64,000 nucleotides of DNA. Source: Histomonas meleagridis 2922-C6/04-290x. Its lineage: Eukaryota > Protista > Parabasalia. The stretch spans positions 1-64,000 of the forward strand of contig JAANOX010000255.1 of the NCBI GenBank assembly GCA_020184695.1, read 5' to 3'. Shown here one piece after another: positions 53,487 through 64,000 of this stretch. Within the stretch, counting starts at the first letter, position 1, and each line of letters opens with the position of its first letter. The translations under genes and the position numbers were made by a program. The notes under the pieces are model-generated. The model had not been told where the DNA came from. It was given only the letters and a program-made list of their open reading frames with translations, and searched no databases.

Positions 53487-55346
53487 TTATTCTTCTTTTT
53501 CCTCAAAATTTTTAGCGAATTGTATTTCAAAGTTATAATTTTGTTTTTGCTGTGGTATTCTGTAAGGCGCCACTGATTCTCTGTTAAACTTCATCCAATT
53601 CCTTACCTTTTCGATCTTTTGCAAATGTTGTTCCTCTTTTCTAACCTTTGGATCTGCAGCGCCGAATTTTCCATATTTCTCGTACACCTCGTCCACTTTG
53701 TCCTTCACTGCCTCCACGTCCTTTTCAGTGTACTTCGCAACGCGAGGCCGCCACATTCCTTTCTTGAATCCCTGTCTGATTTCCTTCAACACCAGTGTGC
53801 CGTCGAAGAGATATATAGCGAAGCCTGACATGTTACCAACTGCTCTGCTTGAGTTCGCCATGACGAATGCGCCATTTGGATCCCATTGCAATGATTCGAC
53901 TGCAGATATTTCGAGTGACTTAATAATGCCTGCTTGCGAATCCATGTCATAGAATTGCACAAGAGAACTTCCATTATTAATATCATGTGCTACTGCAAAA
54001 CGACCTGCTGGAGAATAAATGAGTTCAGAACATGACGCTGTGTATACTGCTAAGCGCGTAGTATTTGTTGTGATTTCGTATAAATGGATTAACCGACCTT
54101 GACTTGTCTCGATGATGACTGATATGCGGCGCTCTTTAGGATCCCATGAGCAGTTCTCGATTGTGCCGACTTTCTTAGTGTCTTGTATGTTAAATGTGCC
54201 GACTTTGTTTGGATTTTCTAAGTCGAAAATAGTTAATGATGATTGGAATGCACCTTTAACTGGTGTCTCAATCACGACAGCACATAACGCTTTGTTCGGA
54301 TGCCAATATGCTTTGGCTCCCGCGGCATTATATGATGCATGCGTGTGTACCATTTTGCCATCTGTGATGGAATAAAAGGCAATGCGTGGCGGCGAGGCTT
54401 CGCGCTCTTTACGGAAAGTAAAAACATATGGTGATGAAATGCTTGGAGAAAAGGAGTCAATGTCACTACTAAAGACTTTGGGCTCCTTAAATGCGGGTGC
54501 GGAAAATACTCGAAGTTCTTTGCCAACCATGGTAAGAACACTGGAGCCATGTCCAAATTGAATTTTGTTGTAGTCGGCCTTATGTAATGGGAAGCGGAAG
54601 ACGCGCGATGATTTTAATATGTCATATATTGATGCACCATGTGGAGAATAAATGTTGTCAAGATCACTGCCTTGTGGAAGGGCTTTGCAAAGAAGGAAAC
54701 GTCCGCAGGGAGAAACAATGTAATCTTTGATGTTTTGATATTGAATAGATGAAAAATGAATCCAGTTTTCACCTGTGTAGAATTTAAGGACGTCACCAGA
54801 TTTACCTATAAGGAAAGAACCATCAGTAGAAAACTTGAAGTCATCAATAGACTGAAGATGATTTGGAAGATCGATTTGGGTAAGACTAGCATCTTTGGGA
54901 TTAAACCAATATGCATGAGGGAGTTTGTTGGTCAAATAAACAATTTGATCATAAAGCCTTTCATCAACAAGATACCATGAAAAATGTTGAACTTTGTGCT
55001 CACATGGTTCAACGACAAGTGGTACTGGTTTGTCTGAGCCTTTGAGATACTTTTCAAATGTTTCACAGCTCATAAAACGAACACGTGTTTTTGCATCAAA
55101 AACAGCATGATCAGCACCTGTGATAAGAGCATGAGCTTGTGAAGAACCATTTTCTCCAGTGCATTTAATAAAAGCAATTCCAGTGGATTGACCATCTTTT
55201 GAGGGAAGCTCAATATTATCGATTGTGAGAGTTGGAATAAATTTGATTAATATCTTGCTTAAAAAGTATTTTTTGAATTTTTCGAAGTTTGCCTCTGTTG
55301 TTTTAGGAAGACCAATGCATACGACAATATTTGTAAGTCTACTCAT
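53487..55346 (-). CDS. EIF3B: Translation initiation factor 3 subunit B
   Basis: N-terminal RRM (IVVCIGLPK...GIAFIK), WYLVDERLYDQ, beta-propeller (YWHP, SWDP, YSPAGRF, QWDPNG) and terminal WRPR. Confidence 0.85.
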   Translation of the reverse strand: MSRLTNIVVCIGLPKTTEANFEKFKKYFLSKILIKFIPTLTIDNIELPSKDGQSTGIAFIKCTGENGSSQAHALITGADHAVFDAKTRVRFMSCETFEKYLKGSDKPVPLVVEPCEHKVQHFSWYLVDERLYDQIVYLTNKLPHAYWFNPKDASLTQIDLPNHLQSIDDFKFSTDGSFLIGKSGDVLKFYTGENWIHFSSIQYQNIKDYIVSPCGRFLLCKALPQGSDLDNIYSPHGASIYDILKSSRVFRFPLHKADYNKIQFGHGSSVLTMVGKELRVFSAPAFKEPKVFSSDIDSFSPSISSPYVFTFRKEREASPPRIAFYSITDGKMVHTHASYNAAGAKAYWHPNKALCAVVIETPVKGAFQSSLTIFDLENPNKVGTFNIQDTKKVGTIENCSWDPKERRISVIIETSQGRLIHLYEITTNTTRLAVYTASCSELIYSPAGRFAVAHDINNGSSLVQFYDMDSQAGIIKSLEISAVESLQWDPNGAFVMANSSRAVGNMSGFAIYLFDGTLVLKEIRQGFKKGMWRPRVAKYTEKDVEAVKDKVDEVYEKYGKFGAADPKVRKEEQHLQKIEKVRNWMKFNRESVAPYRIPQQKQNYNFEIQFAKNFEEKEE

Positions 55347-55440
55347 TGTGTTCTTGAATGGCCTTTATTTTGATAGAAAACCGTTGGTCAAGTATAACTT
55401 GGAGTGCCCCAAATTTTTGGTTGGACGTTAAAATGACAAC

Positions 55441-57908
55441 ATGAAAAATGAGAAACAAAATCAGACTCAAACTGCACAACTAAATAAAAATCCTATTAAA
55501 ATACTTACTGGTGTAGAAAAAATTATTTTTAATTTAACTTTGGAAAATCTCGATTGGTCTGTTCAGCAAACGATGAAATTGTATGATTCAAATTTTCCAT
55601 ATTCATTGGATCTTACTATCAGCAATTTAATTTATTATTCGTTTTGTTCACAAAATATTAAAAGTTATATATATTTAAATTATTTGGAAGCAATTCAAAA
55701 AAAGGAAAAAGAAATTAACAATAAAACATCAAAAATTATAGAAATTTTTAGTATTTATATTTCTAAACTCGATTCACAAGAAGCATGTTATCTATTAGAT
55801 AGAATGATTAAGCGAAATTTTATTAATTTTAATATTACTAATAATATTAAGAATAAATTTTTTGCTCACTATAAAAAAGAAAGTGAAAACAAAAAAATGT
55901 ATCGTAATGATATAATAAATTCAACTTTTATAGAAAATTATGAAGAACTATCAAAGAATGATTTTGAACTTCATAAAAAGTTAATTGAAGAAGGAGTAAA
56001 TCCAAATGAAATATCAAAAATAATTCGAAATGATGAAATAGAAAAACTTCAAGAAATATCATCACAAAATGATTTTGATTACGATCAAACAATTAAGCCA
56101 TCACTTTATGAAAGATGTGGATTTATTAATCAAGAAAATATTCCATTAATTGATTATGCAGCATTTTTTGGATCAATTAAATGTTTTAAATATTTACTTA
56201 TGAATGGTGCTAAAGTAGAAAACACAGGTAAATATGCAATTGCAGGTGGAAACATTGAAATTATTCATTTATGTGAACAAAATCATTCATCATTTGGAAA
56301 TGCGTTTGAAATATCAATTGAATTCCATCGAAATGATATCTTTAAATATCTCTATGAAAAGAAAATTAAAACTATTAATAGTTTAACTGCGTTGAGTGTT
56401 AAATGTATTTTATATCATAATTATGAAGTTTTTACTTTTTTGCTAGAAAATGGAATGAAAATTAATGAAGAAATGATTAATGAAGCAGCAAGAATTGGGA
56501 ATATATATCTTGTTCAATATTTTCTTCAAAATAATCCGATTCCAAAAGAAATTTTAGTATATTCTACGGAATCAGGAAACATTGAACTTGTAAACTATAT
56601 TCTTGAACAAGGAGGAATTGATATCAATACCCAAATTATTGTTTTATTTCATTTAATTTTTCAAAATTATATTTGGAATTTATTTAAATTATTTTTATCA
56701 GCATTTGTTGTGGCAGTTAAGAATAATAAGATTGATATTTTCGAATTGCTTCTTGATAAAAAAGGAAATGAAATTAATCTAAATGATGTTACTAAATATT
56801 ATGTAAAGTTTATTTAAAATATTTAATAATGCAATTTTAATAGCATCTTCATGTTGTTATTTAGAAATACTTAAAGAACTTCTTAAACAAAAAGGTATAG
56901 ATATTAACTTTAAATCTGTTTACATGTTTTGTTTCCTTTTTGTTTTGATCATTTAGAATTTAAAAATAATATTTAATGTTTATTCAAAATATTTTTAACA
57001 GCACTTATTTTGGCATCTTCAAAAGGTCATATAGAAATCGTTAAATTACTTCTTGAACAAGAAGGAATTGACATCAATGCAAAGAATATTTATTTGTTTT
57101 ATTTAATGTTTTATGAAATAATTTTCTATTTCAAAATAATATTTGAAAATTATTTAAATTATTTCAAACAGCACTTATGGTTGCATTAATCCATAAAAAT
57201 GCGCAAATAGTTGAATTACTTCTTAAACAAAAAGGTATAGATGTTAACATTAAAAGTATTTGTTTGTTTTATTTAATTTTTGTTGTAATAATTTTCTGTT
57301 TTAATATGATATTTGGAATTTATCTAAATTATTTGATACACCACTTCTTTATGTAATTAAAAATAAAAACTTCGAAATGGCCAAATTTCTTCTTGAAAAT
57401 GCAGAAGTTGATGTTAATATTAAAGATATTTATATGTTTTATATAAATTTTATTATAATAATTTTCTGTTTTAATATGATATTTGGAATTTATCTATAAT
57501 ATTTGAAACTACACTTATTTATGCTTCTTCATTTGGTAATGAGGAAATTGTGAAACTAATTCTCAGACGTAAAGGAATTGATGTTAATGTTCAAGGTAAT
57601 ATTTTCTTTTATTTAGAGTTTTTGAAAATTATTTTGGGTTAGAATGTATAATTTAGAATTTTTTTAATTTGTTTGAAACAGCACTAATAAGAGCATCTAC
57701 ATATGGTCACACTGAGATAGTGAAATTATTACTAGCACAAAAGAATATTAATATAAATATTTTGAATGTTTTTTAGTTTTGTAAGGTGATGTTTTAAAAT
57801 GATATTTGGAATTTATATATAATATCCCGAAAGGCACTTGATTTAGCACTTATAAATAATCACACTGAAATAGTACAAATACTACAGGAAAAGGAAAAAC
57901 AAAAATAA
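55441..57908 (+). CDS. DUF3447-type ankyrin-repeat protein; eight repeats separated by non-canonical spacers
   Basis: ORF 55441-56817, then seven more stop-free ankyrin blocks in shifting frames, ending TAA at 57908. Confidence 0.8.
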
Positions 57909-57999
57909 AAATTTTTTTATAACCTTCAAAAATAAAAATTTTTTTTATAACAACATCACCATGATGATGCAGTACTTGTTTGGCTTAACTTTTATGGAG

Positions 58000-59490
58000 G
58001 AAATGAAGTTTAATTGTTTTAATTTCGTATTTTCATAGTTTTTTATTTTTGATTTTCTCTTCATTTTCTGTCTTGTTTAGTTGTCTGGAATATTCATTGC
58101 TGACAATTTGCTGGAAAGTTTGAGAATACACAAGTAAATCGCATATATCAGCTGTATTCGAATGTTATCTGATCAATTAATTTTCATCGTTACATATCTT
58201 AATTTTGAACAAAAACTCTGAGCATTACAAAAACAACAATGACAAAACATTTTACATAAAAACACGTTCCTTATAATTCCTTAGTCCAATAAGTGCCTTT
58301 GCAATCGAACTCTCCCCGTCGCAGCCCGCCTCCTTCCCTAATATCTTCAGCAGCTCTTCATATATCTTTATCATCCTCTTCAACGCGACATTCGCACTCG
58401 TTGCGATGCATATTGCTAACCCTTTTCCTTCGTACGGCGTACCGAAGAACTGTATCCTAAATCCGACTCTGTGTCATCAATTCCAGACTGAGAGAAAAGA
58501 TCAAGCATTTCTTCCCATACATGTTTAGATGGTAAAGAAGGAAGCAAAAGAATAAGAGTTACATTTTTTAACATTAAATCAAAGCATCTTATCAGATCTT
58601 GTAACCCTGTTATAACGTGAACAATTAAATTTGGAGCTTTTTCTATTTCTTTATATTTTCCACGAAGAAGATTTTGAAGTTGTTCAGCTCGGCTGCTTAC
58701 TGTTCTTAAACGGCTTCTAATCTCGAGCTGCTCGAAACCGTTTATTTACGTTTAAATTTCTCCAGAAATTTTGAATGGTAAAAGCGGCTTTGGAAATTTC
58801 TTTTCATGTTTTCTAAATATTTATTTATACATTTCTGAATTGTATATGCAGCATATGATTTCTTTTGTTCAACAAGTTCGTCAATTCCATTAAGATATTC
58901 ATATATATTGTCATCTGTGATAACATTAAGAAGTGCAGCTTCACTAAGTTTGCGTCCATTAACTTCCGCAAATTTGTCACAGTAAGCTTCAATTCGGTTA
59001 AGAACTGTTTCAATACGGTTCCATATTTCATTATTTGTTCTTTTGAATGACTCGAAATCTGGCGTTTCTCGAGGGATCTTACCTTTTATTACAAGGAGAG
59101 TTTGCTGGGCATATTTATCTTGAAGTTCTTCATAGATTCTTGGAGCTTTATATTCATTTGATCCAACATAAATACTATCTGTACTCGTTGAGTAGCTCAA
59201 TGCACTCTGTGAGGAAATAGAAGAAGCGTTACTACTAGCTCTTTGAAGGGATTTGCGTTTTTCTGTGAGTTGTTTAAATTGAGAATCTGTAAAAATTCTT
59301 TTTTGTCGTCTTTCTCTCCGCTATGGCACCTTGTATATCCATATAGATCATAGGAGACACTATTTTGTTTTGTTGATCTGTTGGGTCAATATGCCCAGTA
59401 ACAAATGGCAAGTCATTATTTAAATTTGATAATTGTTGATACCTTTTATCAGGTTCTGTGGTAACTTTGTTTATAGCTGCATATCTTTTC
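58000..59490 (-). pseudogene. Disrupted IQ-motif (IQCH-like) gene, includes ORF 58742-59200
   Basis: AAYTIQKCINKY IQ-like motif; coding-like text continues on both sides across stops and frameshifts. Confidence 0.35.
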
Positions 59491-60415
59491 CTGAGGTTTG
59501 ATGAATGTGTACTTTTAAAAGGATGATATTCTCGTGGCTTTGTGTTAATCGTTTCTGTATTTTTGTTTTGCTTCGAGGACTTAACAACTTTGAAGCCACT
59601 AAAGATTCATTGTTTGGTATGCTAATTTATTCAGTTTTAATTTTAAATTATTTGTTGTTTCAGATAATTTCGATTTTGAATATTCGACTTCTGAAGTTTT
59701 CAGTGATTTTTTTCAGAAAATTTTTGGTGTGCATTCAAAATAATATTTGCTAAAGTGTTTTTTTCTCCATCAGCCATCAACTATTAGAACCCTTTTTCAT
59801 AAAATATGTGTCACTTTTATTATAAACGGTCATTCAAAAAAAAACATTGGAAAACCGATACCAATTTATGAAAAGTGTTGTGTTTTGCGATGTTTGAAAT
59901 CGATTCTTGATCGCAAATGCATTAAATGTGTAACCACGATTAGAATACTTTAATATGATAGCATTCAAATAAATGTTACTAAATTACGAAAATCAATTTT
60001 AGCTATATATCAATTTTTTACATATACCATTTGGCGAATTATAGAAATTATAACCTCCTTAAATTATAATTACTATCAGAATTGATTTAGTATAAATATA
60101 AATCGATTTTCACGAGATATTTTTATTTTTAATGATAAAATTTTGAATACCATCGTTCAGAACGATATAAAAATTTTGAATGCATATTGTCACTTTTTTA
60201 TCAAGATAATAATATCGATAAAATAAACGGTTTATCGATACCCATCCTCCGGAAAACCATTATATAAAGCTGATAAAAACTAATAACTTTTGAAAGAAAT
60301 TGAATAATAAAAATGTGGTAGTCGTTACTGCTACAACCGCTACAGTATTCTGTAAACTTCTCATTTTTGAATAGCGGCATTTTTTTTGATTTATCGTCAA
60401 TCGGTTCACATTGTT

Positions 60416-61273
60416 ATGAATCAATTTGCTGAAGCAGAAGTATCTCATCTTATAAATGACCTTAGTATGTTTAAAACAACCAATACAAATATATCAAGTG
60501 GAGCATTTCGTGTTGATAAAGGAATTATCAATTACACTGAACAATTTGTTGCAATGAAAAGAGCCCAAACCGAAGATGCATATAATTCACTCATCAACGA
60601 ATTTAAAGTATTATGTATAGTATCAAATGTAACAGTGCAATCTTTGGTTGGGTTTTATCCAAATGATGACCATAAAAAAGCAGTTTTGATCACTCCATTT
60701 TATAAGAATGGAAATTTACGTAATGTTATTAATACACAACCATCTGAATGGACCTTGAATACAAAAATAATTGTTTTTCTAGGTGTTTCTTATGGGTTAA
60801 AATATCTTCACGAAAATGACATCATTCATCATGATCTAACAGTTGATAATATATTTATTGATGATAATTTCCATCCAATTATTAGTGGTTTTGGACTTAC
60901 GCATAAGTCAATTGAACCAGACTCAGTTTCAAAAGTTCGATATCTTGCACCTGAAATTATCAATGGAGAAAAATACACTAAAAAGACTGATGTATATACA
61001 TTTGGACTTCTCATGAATGAAATATTTTCTTCCAAACAACCCTATGAAGGCCTTAATATTCAACAAATTAAAGAAAATATTAATAATGGCGTACTACCTG
61101 AAATTTCAAATACAACACCACCAGTTTTTGTATCTTTAATTAAAAAATGTCTTTCTAAAGATCCTAAAAAGAGATGCAAATCAAAAAAGTTATTTAATAA
61201 GATTCGAAGCATATATGATGAAATTTCCGGTATTAATAGATCAATTCTTGACAATTATAAAAAAATCAAATAA
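60416..61273 (+). CDS. TKL/Tyr-kinase-like kinase domain, degenerate motifs
   Basis: SSGAF, VAMK, HHDLTVDN, GFG (for DFG), APE, DVYTFG. Confidence 0.8.
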   Translation: MNQFAEAEVSHLINDLSMFKTTNTNISSGAFRVDKGIINYTEQFVAMKRAQTEDAYNSLINEFKVLCIVSNVTVQSLVGFYPNDDHKKAVLITPFYKNGNLRNVINTQPSEWTLNTKIIVFLGVSYGLKYLHENDIIHHDLTVDNIFIDDNFHPIISGFGLTHKSIEPDSVSKVRYLAPEIINGEKYTKKTDVYTFGLLMNEIFSSKQPYEGLNIQQIKENINNGVLPEISNTTPPVFVSLIKKCLSKDPKKRCKSKKLFNKIRSIYDEISGINRSILDNYKKIK

Positions 61274-61325
61274 TATATTCAGAACTATTTCCATTTAATA
61301 ATTTTTGTTATACCAACACCATTAA

Positions 61326-63386
61326 CAGATATTAAATCCAATCCTCATCCATGGGATAAAACATCTAAATATCCTATTTTTAATTAAGAACTTTGAATCA
61401 ACCCTACGTAAAGCAGGAAATAGACCTATAGTTTTAGTAATGTTATTTGGACCATATCAATCAGGTAAATCAACATATCTTAAGACACTTACAGGGAATG
61501 GAGCATTTTATGCCGGAAAAGGAACAAAAAGTCAAACTCAAGGCATACTAATTGATGGACCTTATATCATTTCTGATATAATAAATAGATTTAGTAAAGA
61601 TTATGCGAAACTAAAAGAAAAATGTGATTCAATTAATGTCGATAAAAATACAGCAATATTTTTCATTGATTCACAAGGTATTGGTGATGAAAAGTATGAA
61701 TTAAAGCTTAAGCCAATATTAGATAAAGTTAATGCAGTCTTTACTTCAATTTCTACTGTATGTTTAACTATATCTAGGTTTAATGATAAAGTTGATGATT
61801 TTAAAAGTACTTTAACAACAATTCGTCGTGCACAACTTTCTTCTTCATTTCCTTTATCGAAGGTTTTTTTCCTTGTAAGAGATTTCAAAGATTTAGAACA
61901 GAATTTAGATCAAAGAAATCCAGATCAATATCAAGATAATTTTAAGAATTTTTCTGAGTTATGGTGGAAAGAACATAACATAGCAAAAGAACTTTATTTG
62001 CCAAATTCATTAAAACCTTTACCTCTTGGGGATGTTGAAGCCAATTTAAGTGGATATATTAATAGTGTCTATCAATCATTTTACTTTATTTTAAAGTTTA
62101 TAAATTCAATACAAAATGTATCATATCCATTATTTTCAAATGATTTTCAAAATTTTATGGATTTAATACTCAAATTCGAAAAAGAATTTATATTAAAAAT
62201 ACCTAATAAACCATTAGCAGATTGTGTAGCATGTACATTTTTACTTAAGGATCTTATAGGAAAAAAATTGAAAATTGATAATGACCCATCTAAAATTGAT
62301 GAATTAACTGATGAGGTATATAAATTTATAGACATAGTTTTAGAAACTATATTACCATATATTCTTGGTAATGCTGAAGTTAAGTTTTGTGATTATGCTC
62401 AATATGTAACAGAAATTAAACGTGATTTGAAAGCTTCTATTGGAATAAATATTCAATATATGAAGTCAAAGATAAAAGAATATCAATATGTTAGTGCAAA
62501 TAAGTGGAAATTAAGAATGAAATATATTGCAGCTGCAACATTCATTGGAGTGGTTCTTCCTTTTGCAGGAGAATTTGTTGCAGGTATTATTGGTTGTGCT
62601 TTTGAATCTTATATAAGCAACACATTACGATTCTCTGATAAGCAAATAAAAGAAATAATTAATAATGTAAAGACACCATTTTATCCATATATTTGGGATA
62701 TTTGCTATAATCGAAAAGCAAATGAGTTAATTATTTATCAAATTCTCAAGAAACCAATTACACAAAATCAGACATTAATTGTATTTTATGAACAACCAAA
62801 TCATCATTCAGAACTTTTGTTTCAATCATTAACCGGATTCCAAATTAAGCACAACATTGAAAAACAAATACTATTTTATGCAAATGTTTCTTCCATTGAA
62901 CTTATATCAAGATTTAAAAGTGTTGATTCTTCTCTTTTTAAACGTGATAAGAAAGCAACAAAACTACCAGAAAAAATTAGTATAATATACATGTGTGGAA
63001 TTACTCAAGATGAATTTTGGGAATTTGAAAAATCTCAAAATGTTGAATTAATATTTGTAACAACAATTAAAAAAGATGAACAAATTAGTATAAAGCCATA
63101 TATATTAAAAAAGTTAAATGTAATGACACTTTCACCTGATTATTATCAATTTTATATTGTTGATAAACCGAATTTTAAATATGAAATGTGGAAAACTAAC
63201 AAAACCTCAAATGATAATAATCAAATTAAATTTTTACCAATTCATGCAGGTGATTATCAACTTGAAAATTATGGTCCGAGATGCATAGCTTCAATCAAAT
63301 ATGCATGTAGATACATATTAAAGGATCCAATATTAAAACTAACAAATGAAGAAATTCAAGAATACGAAAAAAATCAAGCTAATTAA
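61326..63386 (+). CDS. GBP/atlastin-like (dynamin-superfamily) GTPase
   Basis: RPIVLVMLFGPYQSGKST (G1), SQTQGI, FFIDSQG (G3), FLVRDF; frame is open from 61326, first ATG at 61440. Confidence 0.75.
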   Translation, partial: QILNPILIHGIKHLNILFLIKNFESTLRKAGNRPIVLVMLFGPYQSGKSTYLKTLTGNGAFYAGKGTKSQTQGILIDGPYIISDIINRFSKDYAKLKEKCDSINVDKNTAIFFIDSQGIGDEKYELKLKPILDKVNAVFTSISTVCLTISRFNDKVDDFKSTLTTIRRAQLSSSFPLSKVFFLVRDFKDLEQNLDQRNPDQYQDNFKNFSELWWKEHNIAKELYLPNSLKPLPLGDVEANLSGYINSVYQSFYFILKFINSIQNVSYPLFSNDFQNFMDLILKFEKEFILKIPNKPLADCVACTFLLKDLIGKKLKIDNDPSKIDELTDEVYKFIDIVLETILPYILGNAEVKFCDYAQYVTEIKRDLKASIGINIQYMKSKIKEYQYVSANKWKLRMKYIAAATFIGVVLPFAGEFVAGIIGCAFESYISNTLRFSDKQIKEIINNVKTPFYPYIWDICYNRKANELIIYQILKKPITQNQTLIVFYEQPNHHSELLFQSLTGFQIKHNIEKQILFYANVSSIELISRFKSVDSSLFKRDKKATKLPEKISIIYMCGITQDEFWEFEKSQNVELIFVTTIKKDEQISIKPYILKKLNVMTLSPDYYQFYIVDKPNFKYEMWKTNKTSNDNNQIKFLPIHAGDYQLENYGPRCIASIKYACRYILKDPILKLTNEEIQEYEKNQAN

Positions 63387-63805
63387 TACGTTAATTAGTA
63401 AAAAGTCTTAAAAAAATTTTTTTTTTACCTTTTTGTAAGGCTTACAGAAAAAAATGAACTTTGTTTGAACAAATATAAACTCAAAATCATATCGGCATCT
63501 ATTATATACACAAAAGCCACTTTTTCATTGATTTTTTGCATAATTTACTGAAAAATGCACTTTTCCTTCACACAACACAAGCATAGAAAATTTGTCTAAT
63601 GATTATTGCTCAAAGGTGATCTCTATTCCATTGGTAGTAGGCATCGAACAAGAAAAATGAAGCCGCATATTTTAATGTCAACTTTTATAGGTGTTTTTAA
63701 AAATAATAATACAACACCTAGATCTATAAATTTTATTATTTTTTACTTACACAAAAAAGTTTTTATTTAAATATTAGTACATATATGTATTTGGTTCTTG
63801 TTCAA

Positions 63806-64000
63806 TCACTTCCTGATGTGTCTTTTAAAGAAGTCACTCCATGACTCATAGCTTGATCCTTGTTGATCATAGATATAATTCCCCTGTTGTGCTTCAACAG
63901 TAGGCACATTATATATTCGATACACGCTGCCATTTTTCATGTGTAGCACCAAGAAATTTGGCATTGTATCACTAAAACTTCCGTAAAATCCATATTGAGG
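63806..64000 (-). CDS. 3' end of a gene running off the window
   Basis: Open frame PQYGFYGSFSDTMPNFLVLH...SWSDFFKRHIRK*. Confidence 0.45.
   Translation of the reverse strand, partial: PQYGFYGSFSDTMPNFLVLHMKNGSVYRIYNVPTVEAQQGNYIYDQQGSSYESWSDFFKRHIRK

Noticed and set aside
56635-57833. Sequencing/assembly indels as the cause of the ankyrin interruptions
   Set aside because: Inserts are 43-83 nt, at a fixed position, mutually homologous and present in several loci, unlike homopolymer errors
14109-62335. Many short ORFs antisense to or overlapping long genes (e.g. 14109, 14409, 19871, 23703, 30752, 48462, 53619, 61601) and ORFs from the 115-bp array
   Set aside because: Shadow frames of real genes or repeats with no independent motifs

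Overview
AT-rich eukaryotic genomic DNA read with the standard code and almost no canonical introns. The gene families (DUF3447-ankyrin proteins, Maverick-type integrase, HNH_3, divergent kinases) suggest a parabasalid (Trichomonas/Tritrichomonas-like); that assignment is inference. Positions ~0.1-11.4 kb are a nest of mobile DNA. It holds a decayed Maverick/Polinton-like virus element (A32-type packaging ATPase, rve integrase, phage-like fibre) ending in a GC-rich multi-hairpin and a perfect 37-bp palindrome, then tandem 5'-truncated HNH units with (TG)n tails and a pogo-type transposase remnant. The rest is host genes (MCMBP, four kinases, RalGAP-like, Dzip-like, DPE2-type glucanotransferase, tRNA-Ser(GCT), HSP110, eIF3b, GBP-like GTPase) plus a 115-bp tandem array. 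The top finding is in the two long ankyrin genes (12.4-13.4 kb and 56.6-57.9 kb). Every repeat is interrupted at the same linker position by an AT-rich spacer (43-83 nt) that usually breaks the frame or carries a stop. The spacers lack consistent GT-AG or branch-point signals, yet all flanking ankyrin blocks are stop-free and keep the consensus. In 11 of 14 spacers an in-frame TTT codon upstream matches an in-frame TTT just before the next repeat. This suggests a non-canonical removal mechanism (unconventional splicing, ribosomal bypassing or DNA excision) that needs transcript or peptide evidence.
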